The translations under genes and the position numbers were made by a program. The notes below the pieces were generated by a model. That model saw only the letters and a list, made by a program, of their open reading frames with translations, did no database searches and was not told the origin of the DNA. A stretch of DNA of 64,000 bases from Candidatus Marinacidobacterium sp. (GTDB taxonomy: Bacteria > Acidobacteriota > Vicinamibacteria > Marinacidobacterales > Marinacidobacteraceae), in the NCBI GenBank assembly GCA_965204755.1, contig OZ242011.1:768001-832000 (forward strand), written 5' to 3'. Numbering within the stretch: the stretch's first letter is position 1; each line of letters opens with the position of its first letter. This document shows, piece after piece, positions 1 to 9,861 of the stretch.

Positions 1-298
1 CAACTTCGTGCTCCAGGCCGGCGACCCCCGCGCCGACAACTCCGGCGGGCCGGGCTACGCGATCCGCTGCGAAGTCAACGAGCGCTCCTACATGCGCGGC
101 AGCGTCGGCATGGCGCTCGACGGGAAGGACACCGGCGGCAGCCAGTTCTTCGTCACCCTCCTCCCGCAACCCCACCTGAACGGCCGCTACACCCTCTTCG
201 GCCAGGTGCGGGAGGGCTTCGAAGTCCTCGACCGCCTGGAGCCCGGCGACCGCATCCGCCGCGTCCGCATCTGGGACGGCGTAATCCCCCCGGAGTGA
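1..298 (+). CDS. Cyclophilin-type peptidyl-prolyl cis-trans isomerase, C-terminal part (runs off window start)
   Basis: QAGDP..GGPGY, GSVGMA...DTGGSQFFVT..QPHLNGRYTLFGQV cyclophilin motifs. Confidence 0.9.
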   Translation, partial: NFVLQAGDPRADNSGGPGYAIRCEVNERSYMRGSVGMALDGKDTGGSQFFVTLLPQPHLNGRYTLFGQVREGFEVLDRLEPGDRIRRVRIWDGVIPPE

Positions 299-308
299 CC
301 GCCCCGGA

Positions 309-1172
309 GTGACCGCCCCGGCCTCCCCCTCCGGCGCGCCGCGTTTTCGGCTGGTTGCGGCCGACCTCGACGGCACCCTCCTCGACGGGAAGAAGCGGAT
401 CGCCCCGGAGGACCGGGAGGCGCTCCGGCGCGCCGACCGGGAGGGGGTGGCGCTCGCGCTGATCTCCGGCCGCCGCTACGCCGAGATGGAACTGCTCACG
501 GCGGACGCCCCGGAGGGGGCCTACCTCGCCGGGCACGGCGGGGCGCTCATCCGGCGGGGCGGGGTCACCATCGCCGAGACGCTGCTGCCGCGGGCCGCGG
601 CCTCGGCGGCGCTCGCCGCGGCGCGCCGGCTGGGGATGATCGCGCTGGTGAGCGGCCGGGACGGCGGCGTCCGGATCACCGCGCCGGACCCCGGCTCCGA
701 GCGGGTGCGCCGCTACCTGGCCACCGTCCGCCCGCCGCCGGCCTTCGTCTCCGAGATCGAGTTCGCCGACGACCCGATCCATGTCGTCCTCGCCGGGACG
801 CCGGAGGACTGCCGCCGGGCGGAGGGGGAACTCCGGGAAACGCTCGACGGCGCGGCGGCGCTCGACCGGACGGAGTACCCGGCCCCGTCCCGGAGCGCCG
901 GCCTGGGGCTCCTCGATGTGCTGGGGCCGGGCGCGGACAAGGGAGCGGCGCTGCGGCTGGTGGCGGAGCACGCCGGCGTCCGCCCGGAGGAGACGCTGGC
1001 GATCGGGGACAACTGGAACGACCTCTCCATGCTGCGCGCCGCCGGCAAGGGCGTCCTCATGGCGAACGCCCCGCCGGAACTCCGGGCGCTGGGCTTCGAC
1101 CGCACCGCCGCCCACACGCAGTGCGGCGTCGCCCGCGCCCTCGAACGCTTCCTCTTCCCTCCGGCCCGGTGA
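309..1172 (+). CDS. Cof-type HAD-IIB hydrolase
   Basis: DLDGTLL motif I, SGR motif II, DKG and GDNWND motifs. Confidence 0.9.
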   Translation: MTAPASPSGAPRFRLVAADLDGTLLDGKKRIAPEDREALRRADREGVALALISGRRYAEMELLTADAPEGAYLAGHGGALIRRGGVTIAETLLPRAAASAALAAARRLGMIALVSGRDGGVRITAPDPGSERVRRYLATVRPPPAFVSEIEFADDPIHVVLAGTPEDCRRAEGELRETLDGAAALDRTEYPAPSRSAGLGLLDVLGPGADKGAALRLVAEHAGVRPEETLAIGDNWNDLSMLRAAGKGVLMANAPPELRALGFDRTAAHTQCGVARALERFLFPPAR

Positions 1173-2350
1173 GCGGCGCCGCCCCCGGCTCTCTCCCCGG
1201 TTCGTTCCCCGGTTCATTCCCCGGTTCGTTCGAAGTCCGGGCCGGGAGCGGCGGCGCCCGGCTCGGCCGGCTCACCACCGCCCACGGCCCGGTGGAGACG
1301 CCGGCCTTCATGCCGGTGGCCACCCGGGGGGCCATCCGCGCCCTCGCTTCGGCGGAGGCGGAGGCGGCGGGAACCCGGATCCTGCTGGCGAACGCCTACC
1401 ACCTGATGCTGCAGCCGGGCGACCGGCGGATCGCCGGGCTGGGCGGGCTCCACCGGCTGATGGACTGGCGCCGCCCCATCCTCACGGACAGCGGCGGCTA
1501 CCAGGTGGCCAGCCTCGCCGGGCTCCGCCGGGTCACCGAGGAGGGCGTGGACTTCCGCTCCCATTTCGACGGCTCGGCGCACCGGCTGACCCCGGAGCGG
1601 GCGATGGAAGTCCAGCGGCACCTCGGTTCGGACATCGCGATGGTGCTGGACGAGTGCCTCTCGCTGCCGGCCCCGCCGGAAGCGGTGGAGCGCGCCGCCG
1701 GGCGGAGCCTCCGCTGGGCGGAGCGGTCGCTCGCCGAGCCGCGCTCGCCGGGCCAACTCCGCTTCGGCATCGCGCAGGGCGGATCCGACCCCGGCCTCCG
1801 GGAGCGGAACGCGGCGGCGCTCGCCGCCCTCGGCCCGCCCGGCGACGGGTTCGACGGCTTCGGGATCGGCGGCCTGTTCATGGGCGAGACCGGCGAGGAG
1901 ACCCGCGAGATGACCCGCCTCGCGGCGGCGGCGCTGCCGGCCTCCCGGCCCCGCTACCTCATGGGCGCCGGCCTCCCCGCCGACCTGCTGGAGTCCGCCG
2001 CGCTGGGGGTGGACCTCTTCGACAGCGTCGTCCCCACCCGGCTCGCCCGCCGGGGCATCGTCTTCACTCCCGCCGGCCGGCTGAACCTCTCCCGGGCGCC
2101 GTTCCGCGACGACGGGGAACCGCTCGACCGGGACTGCCCCTGCCCCGCCTGCCGGACGGCCGTCCGCGCCTGGCTCCACCACCTCGTCCGCGCCCGGGAG
2201 CGGGTGGCGGCGACCCTCCTCACCGCCCACAACCTCACCTTCTACGCCCGCCTCACCGAACGGATGCGCGCCGCGATCGCCGCCGGCGACTACGACGACT
2301 TCCGCCGCGCCGAACTCACCCGCCTCGCCCGCCGCCACCCGCCCGCGTAA
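1169..2350 (+). CDS. tgt: tRNA-guanine transglycosylase
   Basis: TPAFMPVAT, ILTDSGGYQ, RYLMG, CPCPAC/HNL zinc site; GTG start chosen as it overlaps the upstream TGA; classic tgt-yajC-secDF order. Confidence 0.95.
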   Translation: MSGAAPGSLPGSFPGSFPGSFEVRAGSGGARLGRLTTAHGPVETPAFMPVATRGAIRALASAEAEAAGTRILLANAYHLMLQPGDRRIAGLGGLHRLMDWRRPILTDSGGYQVASLAGLRRVTEEGVDFRSHFDGSAHRLTPERAMEVQRHLGSDIAMVLDECLSLPAPPEAVERAAGRSLRWAERSLAEPRSPGQLRFGIAQGGSDPGLRERNAAALAALGPPGDGFDGFGIGGLFMGETGEETREMTRLAAAALPASRPRYLMGAGLPADLLESAALGVDLFDSVVPTRLARRGIVFTPAGRLNLSRAPFRDDGEPLDRDCPCPACRTAVRAWLHHLVRARERVAATLLTAHNLTFYARLTERMRAAIAAGDYDDFRRAELTRLARRHPPA

Positions 2351-2393
2351 GGCCGGGACGCCGCCGCCCTCGTGGTATCCTGCCGGACTCGCC

Positions 2394-2436
2394 CGCCCGG
2401 CCTCTCTCCCGACGGTTGGAGAGTTCCGGGCGTTTT
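2394..2436 (+). terminator. Hairpin followed by T-tract between tgt and yajC (terminator or attenuator-like)
   Basis: CGCCCGG..CTCTC / GAGAG..CCGGGCG imperfect inverted repeat followed by TTTT. Confidence 0.4.
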
Positions 2437-2592
2437 CGCATCCGGCCCCGGGACGCCGGGAAAAAGCGCCGAGAAAGGCGCCGGGACTCACGGCGGCCGA
2501 AGCGCCGAACGGGGCCCCGCCCGCTTCGGCGCCCCTTTCCGTAACAGCCGGGTTCCCGAAGCCCCACCGACGAGACTCCCACCGACCGCACC

Positions 2593-2913
2593 ATGCATCC
2601 CGTCCTGCTCCAAGCCGACGGCGGCGGCGCCTTCGGCATGCAATTGGTGCTGTTCGCCATCATCTTCGGCATCTTCTACTTCATCGTGTTCCGGCCGATG
2701 CGCAAGCGGCAGCGGGATACCGACGAGATGCTGAAGTCCCTGCAGCGGGGCCACCGGGTGGTGACCAGCGGCGGCCTCCACGGCCAGATCACCGCGCTCA
2801 CCGACGATGTGGTGACCCTGAAGGTGACCGAGACGGTGAAACTCCGGGTCTCGCGCAGCGCCATCGCCAGCGTGGTCGAGCCGGCGTCCCCGACCAAGGG
2901 GACGAAGTCCTGA
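2593..2913 (+). CDS. yajC: Preprotein translocase subunit YajC
   Basis: TM then FYF..RPMRKRQ...L..G..VVTSGGLHG; synteny. Confidence 0.95.
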   Translation: MHPVLLQADGGGAFGMQLVLFAIIFGIFYFIVFRPMRKRQRDTDEMLKSLQRGHRVVTSGGLHGQITALTDDVVTLKVTETVKLRVSRSAIASVVEPASPTKGTKS

Positions 2914-2980
2914 CGACCGCGTTCACGACCGGGTTCGACCGCGGAGCCGCCCTCCGGCGATCGGGGCCGACGACCCTCCG

Positions 2981-4519
2981 GTGAAGCGCAACCTCGGCCT
3001 CAAGGGCGTATTCCTCCTCGCGCTGGTCGGGGGGCTGGTCTGGCTGGTGAACCCGCCGTCCGAGCGGCTGGTGCTGGGGCTCGACCTCCAGGGCGGAATC
3101 CACCTGGTGATGCGGGTGCAGACCGCCGACGCCGTCCGGGTGCTCACCGACGAAACCGGCGAACAACTCGCCGAGCGGATGGACGACGAGGGCATCGACT
3201 TCGCGGACATCCGGGGCGACGGGCCGGGCGCCCTCACCATCCTCGACCTCGACGACAGCCGGATGGGCGAAGTCCGGCAGATCACCGAGTTCACCTGGCC
3301 CGGCTGGGACCTCCGGTCCGCCGGCGACGGGAACTGGTCGTTCAACCTGCGGGCGGCCGAAGAAATCACCGTCCGCGAGCAGACCGTGACGCAGGCGATG
3401 GAGACCATCCGCCGCCGCGTGGACGAACTCGGCGTGGCCGAGCCGGTGATCACCACCCACGGGACCACCGGCGACCAGATCCTGGTGCAGTTGCCGGGTT
3501 ACGAAGATGTGGCGCGGGCGAAGGAAATCATCCAGGCCACCGCCCAACTCGAACTCAAGATGGTGCAGGCGGGGCCGGCGATGGATCCCTCGCTCCTGCC
3601 GCCGCTGAACAGTTCCCTCGAGAACCTGGAGACGGAACTCGACACCGGCGCCACCGGCTACTACCAGGTGAACCGGGTGGCGGCGATCACCGGGCGCGAC
3701 CTGCGGAACGCCCGCCAGGGCATCGACTTCCAGACGAACACGCCCAATGTGGAGTTCAGCCTCCACGCCGACGGCGCCTCGAAGATGCGGGAGTTCACCG
3801 GCGCGAACCTGGGGCGCCAGATGGCCATCGTGCTCGACGGCGAAGTGGTCTCGGCCCCGGTGATCGAGGGGCCGATCTACGACCAGGGGCAGATCACCGG
3901 CAACTTCTCGGTCGAGGAAGCCCTCGACCTGGCGCTCGTGCTCCGCGCCGGCGCGCTCCCGGCCTCGCTCGAATACCAGGAGGAGCGGACCGTCGGCCCC
4001 TCGCTCGGCGCGGACTCGATCCGCAGCGGGGTCACCGCCTCCGTCGCGGGACTCGCCGGCGTCCTGCTGTTCATCATCTTCTACTACCGGCTCTCCGGCA
4101 TCAACGCGGTGGTGGCGCTGGTGCTGAACCTGCTGATCCTGGTCGGGGCGATGGCGTACTTCGCGGCGACGCTGACCCTTCCGGGGATCGCCGGGGTGAT
4201 CCTGACCATCGGCATGGGGGTGGACGCGAATGTGCTCATCTTCGAGCGCATCAAGGAGGAGCGGCGCGGCGGGAAACCGCCCCGGACGGCGATCTCGGTG
4301 GGGTTCTCGCGGGTGTTCTGGACGATCGTGGACGCCAACATGACCAGTCTGGTGGCCGCGGCCATCCTGTTCCAGTTCGGCACCGGCCCGGTCCAGGGCT
4401 TCGCGGTGACGCTGAGCATCGGCCTGCTCAGCAATGTGTTCACGGCGATGTTCGTCTCCCGCTACCTGTTCGACCTGGTGCTCTCCGGCCGCCGCCAGGT
4501 TACGGCGCTCAGCATCTGA
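2981..4519 (+). CDS. secD: Protein translocase subunit SecD
   Basis: LGLDLQGG, RRVDELGVAEP, VGPSLG, GMGVDANVLIFERIKEE. Confidence 0.97.
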   Translation: MKRNLGLKGVFLLALVGGLVWLVNPPSERLVLGLDLQGGIHLVMRVQTADAVRVLTDETGEQLAERMDDEGIDFADIRGDGPGALTILDLDDSRMGEVRQITEFTWPGWDLRSAGDGNWSFNLRAAEEITVREQTVTQAMETIRRRVDELGVAEPVITTHGTTGDQILVQLPGYEDVARAKEIIQATAQLELKMVQAGPAMDPSLLPPLNSSLENLETELDTGATGYYQVNRVAAITGRDLRNARQGIDFQTNTPNVEFSLHADGASKMREFTGANLGRQMAIVLDGEVVSAPVIEGPIYDQGQITGNFSVEEALDLALVLRAGALPASLEYQEERTVGPSLGADSIRSGVTASVAGLAGVLLFIIFYYRLSGINAVVALVLNLLILVGAMAYFAATLTLPGIAGVILTIGMGVDANVLIFERIKEERRGGKPPRTAISVGFSRVFWTIVDANMTSLVAAAILFQFGTGPVQGFAVTLSIGLLSNVFTAMFVSRYLFDLVLSGRRQVTALSI

Positions 4520-4539
4520 CCTCCGGGTAACGGGCCGCC

Positions 4540-5574
4540 ATGGATTTCCTGCCGGACACGAAGATCGACTGGCTGAAGTACCGGTGGTGGTTCGCCGCGG
4601 TTTCGCTTTCCCTGGTGGCCGCCGGGGTGTTCGACATCGCCCGCAAGGGCGGGCTGCGCTACGGCATCGATTTCTCCGAAGGCACGATGGTCGTCGCCAA
4701 GTTCGCCGACCCGCCGGAGATCGAGGCGGTCCGCGAGGCGGTGTCGGCGCTCGGCTACGGCGACGCGGTGATCCAGCGGTACGACCGCCCGGAGATGCAC
4801 CAGGTGGCGATCCGGGTGGAGAAGGCGGATGCCGCCGGGGAGCCGTCCGGGGAGGCGCCGGACGCCGGGGCCGCCGGGGCGCCCGCGGCCCCCGGGACGC
4901 CCGGGGCCGGGGAAGAAGGCATTGACGCCACCGCCAACCGGATCCTCGAGGCGCTCCGGGAAGGCCGGGCCGGCAACGAACTGGTCTCCGCCAGCACCGA
5001 GATCGTGGGGCCGGTGGTCGGCGAGGAACTCCGGCGCCGCGCGCGGAACGCCACCCTGCTCGCGCTCTTCGCGATGCTGGTCTATATCGGCTTCCGCTTC
5101 GAGCCGGTGTACGGGGTGGGCGCGACCGTGGCGGTGATCCACGATGTGGTCGTCACCCTCTCGCTGGTCTCGCTCTTCGGCTACGAAATCAGCCTGAATG
5201 TGATCGCCGCCTTCATGACCCTGGTCGGCTACTCGGTGAACGACACCATCGTGATCTTCGACCGGGTGCGGGAGAACCGCCACATCCACCGCCGGCTCGA
5301 ACTGGGCGAGATCGTGAACCTCGCGATCAACCAGACCCTCCGGCGGACGGTGCTCACCTCCGGGCTGACCCTGGTCGCCGTGGGCGCCCTGTTCGTCTGG
5401 GGCGGCGAAGTCCTCCGCTCGTTCTCCTTCGTCCTGGTGGCGGGCGTGCTGGTCGGGACCTACTCCTCCATCGGCGTCGCTTCCCCGATCGTCCTCTGGT
5501 GGCGGTCGGTCCGCCGCCGCCGCGCCGCCACCGAAGAACAGCGCCGCCCCCGGGAACAGGCCGCAAGGGTGTAA
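4540..5574 (+). CDS. secF: Protein translocase subunit SecF
   Basis: GIDFSEG, VGPVVG, GYSVNDTIVIFDRVREN. Confidence 0.97.
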   Translation: MDFLPDTKIDWLKYRWWFAAVSLSLVAAGVFDIARKGGLRYGIDFSEGTMVVAKFADPPEIEAVREAVSALGYGDAVIQRYDRPEMHQVAIRVEKADAAGEPSGEAPDAGAAGAPAAPGTPGAGEEGIDATANRILEALREGRAGNELVSASTEIVGPVVGEELRRRARNATLLALFAMLVYIGFRFEPVYGVGATVAVIHDVVVTLSLVSLFGYEISLNVIAAFMTLVGYSVNDTIVIFDRVRENRHIHRRLELGEIVNLAINQTLRRTVLTSGLTLVAVGALFVWGGEVLRSFSFVLVAGVLVGTYSSIGVASPIVLWWRSVRRRRAATEEQRRPREQAARV

Positions 5575-5715
5575 CCCCCGCGGGGAGGGGAAACCCGCCC
5601 GCGTGAGTTTCCCGATGCTCTCTACGGTCGTGTAACCCTCGCGGGGAGGGGAAACACCCTTCGTGCTTGGCGGGGCCGATCCGGCCCCGCGTAACGGCCC
5701 GCAGGGAGGGGAAAC
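5569..5715 (+). CRISPR. Putative orphan, degenerate CRISPR-like mini-array (3 repeats, 2 spacers)
   Basis: GTGTAACCCCCGCGGGGAGGGGAAAC (5569-5594), GTGTAACCCTCGCGGGGAGGGGAAAC (5630-5655), GCGTAACGGCCCGCAGGGAGGGGAAAC (5689-5715); unrelated 35 and 33 bp spacers; 3' GAAAC end; no cas genes in the window. Confidence 0.55.
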
Positions 5716-5902
5716 CCGTCCCCGCGCCCCTCCCCCCGGCGCTTCCCGCCGGAGGAGGCTCCCCGGATTCGTCCCGCGCGGGCGGTCGAACCGCGCCCGG
5801 GAAAGCCTCCGGACGGCGCGGCGGAGGGCCGCCCGGACCGCCCGCTTCGGCAGCGGCCGCGCGACGCCCCGCTCGGTACACTCCGGCGGAGGCCGGCCGC
5901 CG

Positions 5903-6910
5903 ATGTCCCGCGAGGAACGCCGTCACCCCGGAGGGGCGCGGCGCCCGCCGGTGGCCGGCCGCCCCGCGGGCCCGCCGGCGCGCCGCCGGGTCTGGATCTG
6001 GGGCCGCTCGCTCTTCCCGGGCCGGCTCGGCGCCCGATCGGGTTCGGGCGCGCCCCCGCCGACGAACGACGCCCCGGGAAGCGCTGCGGTCTCCCCGGCC
6101 GCACCGCGGGTCACCCCGGCCGCACCGCGCCGGAAGCCCGACTTCGGCGCGGGACTGTCCTCCCCGGCCACCGCGAAACGCGGCCCGCTCCGGGCGTTGC
6201 CGCTCGGCCTCGCGCTCCACCTCGCCGCCGCCGCGCTGGCCCTCGACGCCGCCGCGACTTTCCGGGCCGACCGGCTGCCCGAGCCCGCGGCGCACCGGGT
6301 GCGGCTCGCCTCCCTGCCTCCGGCGGCGAGCCGGCTCGGCGATTCCGTGGTCAGCGCCCGCCGGCCGGAGGGCGCCCGGCCGGCGACCCCCGCCGTCCCC
6401 GTTCCCCCGCGTCCGGCGGAACCGGTCCCGGCGATGCCGCGGCCGGCGGACCTCTCCCCGCTGCTCGAGAGTCTCGACGAGGTCCGCGTCCCGCCCCCGG
6501 CGCCGGAAGCCCTCCGGGGCGGCGCGCGCTCCGCCGGCGTCCTCGGCCGTCCGGACGGCGCGCTCGGCGGCCTCCCGGGCGGCGTCCCCGGCGGATCGGT
6601 CCACGGCCTCCGGGGCCGGGGAGACCCCGACCTCCCGCCGCCGGACACGCCCCCCCGGCCGCTGGCGATGCCGCAGCCCCGCTTCCCGGCGGAGGCCCTC
6701 CGCGACGGCGTCCGGGGCAGCGTGGTCCTCCGGGCGCTCATCACCGCCCGCGGGACGGTGGAAGTCCTGCGGATCCTCCGCTCCGTGCCCGGGCTCGACC
6801 GGGAGGCGGTCCGGGTGGTGGAGTCCGAGTGGCGGTTCCGCCCGGCGCGACTCCGCGGGCGCCCGGTTCCGGCCCTGAGCGACCTCTCCGTCCGCTTCTC
6901 CCTCCGGTGA
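5903..6910 (+). CDS. TonB-family energy transducer (start uncertain)
   Basis: TM with conserved His (LALHLAA), Pro-rich linker, TonB C-terminal domain (P.FP.EA...GV.GSVVLRA.I...G.V...WRFRPA). Confidence 0.75.
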   Translation: MSREERRHPGGARRPPVAGRPAGPPARRRVWIWGRSLFPGRLGARSGSGAPPPTNDAPGSAAVSPAAPRVTPAAPRRKPDFGAGLSSPATAKRGPLRALPLGLALHLAAAALALDAAATFRADRLPEPAAHRVRLASLPPAASRLGDSVVSARRPEGARPATPAVPVPPRPAEPVPAMPRPADLSPLLESLDEVRVPPPAPEALRGGARSAGVLGRPDGALGGLPGGVPGGSVHGLRGRGDPDLPPPDTPPRPLAMPQPRFPAEALRDGVRGSVVLRALITARGTVEVLRILRSVPGLDREAVRVVESEWRFRPARLRGRPVPALSDLSVRFSLR

Positions 6911-7008
6911 CGGCCGGGGTTCCGGCCGCGGTTCCGGTCCGGTTCCCGGCCTCCCGGCGCCCGGTTCGCGCCGCCCCCGCCGCCCGGCCCGAGGCCACTT
7001 CCTCTCTG

Positions 7009-7037
7009 TTGACATCGAAGGGGCGCGGTGTTACTTT
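7009..7037 (+). promoter_or_regulatory. Sigma70-type promoter for the tonB-exbB-exbD operon
   Basis: TTGACA, 17 bp spacer, TACTTT with upstream TG (extended -10), in an otherwise very GC-rich context. Confidence 0.7.
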
Positions 7038-7213
7038 CTCCGTCTTCCCCTGCCCGCCCCGCGGGCTGATCCGAATCCTGACCTTCGCGTCGCTCAAGAC
7101 ACTGCCCGCCGCGAAGGCAGGCCGCCTCCGACGGCTCGCTCGTCGGCGGGGACGACCAGAGAGCGCCCGGAAGAACACCCGGAAGAACACCCGGCTGGGC
7201 AAAGGAGCCTGAA

Positions 7214-7924
7214 ATGGCCAGAAACCCCACCTTCGAGGTCGCGTCGCAAGATCAGGGCGCCGGCCGCACGGCCGGAAGTTTCGCCGTCTCGTTCCTGGTC
7301 CAGGGCGCGCTCGTCGTGGCCCTGATCGTGATCCCCATCCTGACGGTGAACCTGCCGACCCCCGACGGGATCATGACCTTCATGGCGGCCGCTCCGCCGC
7401 CGCCTCCCCCCCCGCCGCCGCCGCCCCCGCCGAAGACCCGGCGGCGTCCGGCCGCCCCGAAGCCGGTGCTGAACACGACCCCCCAGTTCGTGGCGCCGGT
7501 GGAGATCCCTGACGAAGTCGGCGCCGGCGTGGACTTCGGCGTCCCCGGCGGCGTCGAAGGCGGCGTCCCCGGCGGCATCATCGGCGGCATCGTCGGCGGC
7601 CTGCCCTCCGGCCCGCCCCCGCCGCCGCCCAAGGCGGCCCCGGTCCGGGTCGGCGGAGACATCCGCGAACCGCAGAAGACGGTCCATGTGAACCCGATCT
7701 ACCCGGAGATCGCCAAGCAGGCGCGGGTCTCGGGCGTCGTCATCCTCGAAGCGATCATCGATCCGAACGGCAATGTGACCAACCTCTCGGTCCTCCGTTC
7801 GATCCCGCTGCTCGACCAGGCGGCCATGGACGCCGTCCGGCAGTGGCGGTACCAGCCCACCCTGCTGAACGGCGTACCGGTGCCGATCGTGATGACCGTC
7901 ACCGTGCAGTTCAACTTGGGCTGA
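7214..7924 (+). CDS. tonB: Energy transducer TonB
   Basis: N-terminal TM, poly-Pro, GVPGGVEGG, P.YP..A..ARVSGVVIL...WRYQP; AAGGAG RBS. Confidence 0.92.
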   Translation: MARNPTFEVASQDQGAGRTAGSFAVSFLVQGALVVALIVIPILTVNLPTPDGIMTFMAAAPPPPPPPPPPPPPKTRRRPAAPKPVLNTTPQFVAPVEIPDEVGAGVDFGVPGGVEGGVPGGIIGGIVGGLPSGPPPPPPKAAPVRVGGDIREPQKTVHVNPIYPEIAKQARVSGVVILEAIIDPNGNVTNLSVLRSIPLLDQAAMDAVRQWRYQPTLLNGVPVPIVMTVTVQFNLG

Positions 7925-8131
7925 CGCTCCGTTCGCCGACTTCCATCTTGACGGTGCGCCCGGCCCGTCCGCATTCGCCGGTCTCCGTCCCGCCGACAGG
8001 CGGCGGTTCCCGGCGGTTCGTTCCGGGCGCCCGCTTCCACCTTCCAGTCCCGGCAGCCTTCCGGCCCGGGCGAGTGACCGGGAACCCCGGTTCCCACCCC
8101 CACTTCCACGAATCCAGGAGGACTCACGGGA

Positions 8132-8803
8132 ATGTCTTTCGACCTGCTTGAGATCTGGTCCCACATGGGGCCGGCCGCGAAGCTCATCAACGGCGTGATG
8201 GCCGTCATGTCGGTGTACTCCCTCTCGGTCATGATCGAGCGGTACCTGACCTACACCAGGGCCAAGAGCCAGTCGCGGAGTTACGCCGTCCGGATCTCCA
8301 AGGAACTCAAGGCCGGCAACATCGAGTCGGCCATCAAGGCCAGCAAGAGCCAGGAGGTGAAGAACAGCCACCTGGCCAAAGTCCTGCTGGCGGGTCTCCA
8401 GGAAGCCCAGTACCAGTCGGAGGAAGGCGTCTCGCAGAGCAAGTCCGAGACCCTGGAATCCGCGCACCGCGCCATCCAGCGCGCCACGGCCATCAGCATG
8501 ATGGACCTGCGGCGGAACCTCTCCGGCCTCGCCACGGTCGGCGCGACGGCGCCGTTCGTCGGCCTGCTCGGCACGGTGCTCGGGATCATCACCGCGTTCC
8601 GCGGCATGGCCCTCACGGGCTCCGGCGGCATCGGCGCGGTCTCGGCGGGAATCGCCGAGGCGCTCATCGCCACCGCGTTCGGACTCTTCGTCGCCATCCC
8701 GGCGGTGTGGGCGTTCAACTACCTGACCAATCGGGCGGACGGCTTCGGTGTCGAGATGGACAACGGCGCTTCCGAACTCATGGACTTCATGGAGCGTCGC
8801 TGA
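8132..8803 (+). CDS. exbB: MotA/TolQ/ExbB proton channel protein
   Basis: LATVGATAPFVGLLGTVLGII..F, GIAEALIATAFGL.VAIPA. Confidence 0.93.
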   Translation: MSFDLLEIWSHMGPAAKLINGVMAVMSVYSLSVMIERYLTYTRAKSQSRSYAVRISKELKAGNIESAIKASKSQEVKNSHLAKVLLAGLQEAQYQSEEGVSQSKSETLESAHRAIQRATAISMMDLRRNLSGLATVGATAPFVGLLGTVLGIITAFRGMALTGSGGIGAVSAGIAEALIATAFGLFVAIPAVWAFNYLTNRADGFGVEMDNGASELMDFMERR

Positions 8804-8810
8804 CGGGTGA

Positions 8811-8865
8811 CCCGTTTCGCGGTGGCCCGTTTCGCGGTGGCCCGTTTCGCGGTGGCCCGGTTCGC
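8811..8865. repeat. 15-bp tandem repeat, about 3.7 copies
   Basis: CCCGTTTCGCGGTGG units between exbB and exbD. Confidence 0.9.
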
Positions 8866-8957
8866 TTTCGAGCCGGGCCCGGCGCGCGCCTCCGGCCGGT
8901 CTTCGATTTCCGTCACCGGCCGCCCTTCCGTCAACCCCAACTAAGGAGTAAACCGTC

Positions 8958-9368
8958 ATGGGAATGGCCGGCCTCGGCAGCAAGGATGTCAACGCCAACA
9001 TCAATGTGACCCCGCTCGCGGATGTCATGCTGGTGCTGCTCATCATCTTCATGGTCGTGACCCCGCTCCTCCAGAAGGGCGTGGATGTCAAACTTCCGGT
9101 CGCCGAGTACGGCGCCGACCACCCGGACAGCGACGATGTCGTCAATGTGGCCGTCCGGGAGGACGGAGGGATCTTCCTCGATCTCATCCAGATCACGCGG
9201 TCGGAACTCCCGACCCTCCTCACGGAGAAGTTCTCCGGCAAGACGGAGCATGTCCTGTTCCTCAAGGCCGACGAGCGGCTCACCTATCGGGAAGTCCTCG
9301 ACATCATGGAACTGTGCCGCGACGGGGGGGCCGACGAGATCGGCCTCATCACCGAGCGCACCGAGTAA
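8958..9368 (+). CDS. exbD: ExbD/TolR family protein
   Basis: INVTPLADVMLVLLIIFMV, LKADE...Y. Confidence 0.93.
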   Translation: MGMAGLGSKDVNANINVTPLADVMLVLLIIFMVVTPLLQKGVDVKLPVAEYGADHPDSDDVVNVAVREDGGIFLDLIQITRSELPTLLTEKFSGKTEHVLFLKADERLTYREVLDIMELCRDGGADEIGLITERTE

Positions 9369-9411
9369 GGCCGGGCGATCCGTCAGGCCCTGACCCGCAG
9401 GAGAAGACATC

Positions 9412-9819
9412 ATGGGAATGTCCGGCTTCGCCTCCGGCGGAGTGACTTCCGACATCAACATCACGCCGCTCATCGATGTGCTGCTCGTGCTGCTCATCAT
9501 CTTCATGGTCGTGACCCCGCTCACCCAGCAGGGGCACGATGTGGAGATGCCCGAGAGCCAGGACGAGGTCGCCGAGCAGACGGAACCCGATCCGAACCAA
9601 CTGGTTCTCAGCATCGACGCCGCCGGCGAAGTCACGATCAACAAGCAGGTCGTCGCGCTGGAGGAACTCCCCCTCCGGATCCGCGACATCTTCGAGACGC
9701 GCGCCGACAAGACCATCTTCCTCAAGGCGTCCGGCATCCTGACCTACGGTGAAGTGGTCGAGATCCTGGATGTGGCCAAGGGGAACGGCGTCGAACGCGT
9801 CGGGATCGTCCCCGAGTAA
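9412..9819 (+). CDS. exbD: ExbD/TolR family protein, second paralogue
   Basis: INITPLIDVLLVLLIIFMV. Confidence 0.93.
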   Translation: MGMSGFASGGVTSDINITPLIDVLLVLLIIFMVVTPLTQQGHDVEMPESQDEVAEQTEPDPNQLVLSIDAAGEVTINKQVVALEELPLRIRDIFETRADKTIFLKASGILTYGEVVEILDVAKGNGVERVGIVPE

Positions 9820-9861
9820 CGGGCCCGGTCCGGCACTGCCCCAGCAGGAGGAGTTTCCAAC

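Noticed and set aside
8811-8865. Short repeats here and at 21397 and 38041 as CRISPR arrays
   Set aside because: Head-to-tail tandem units without spacers.
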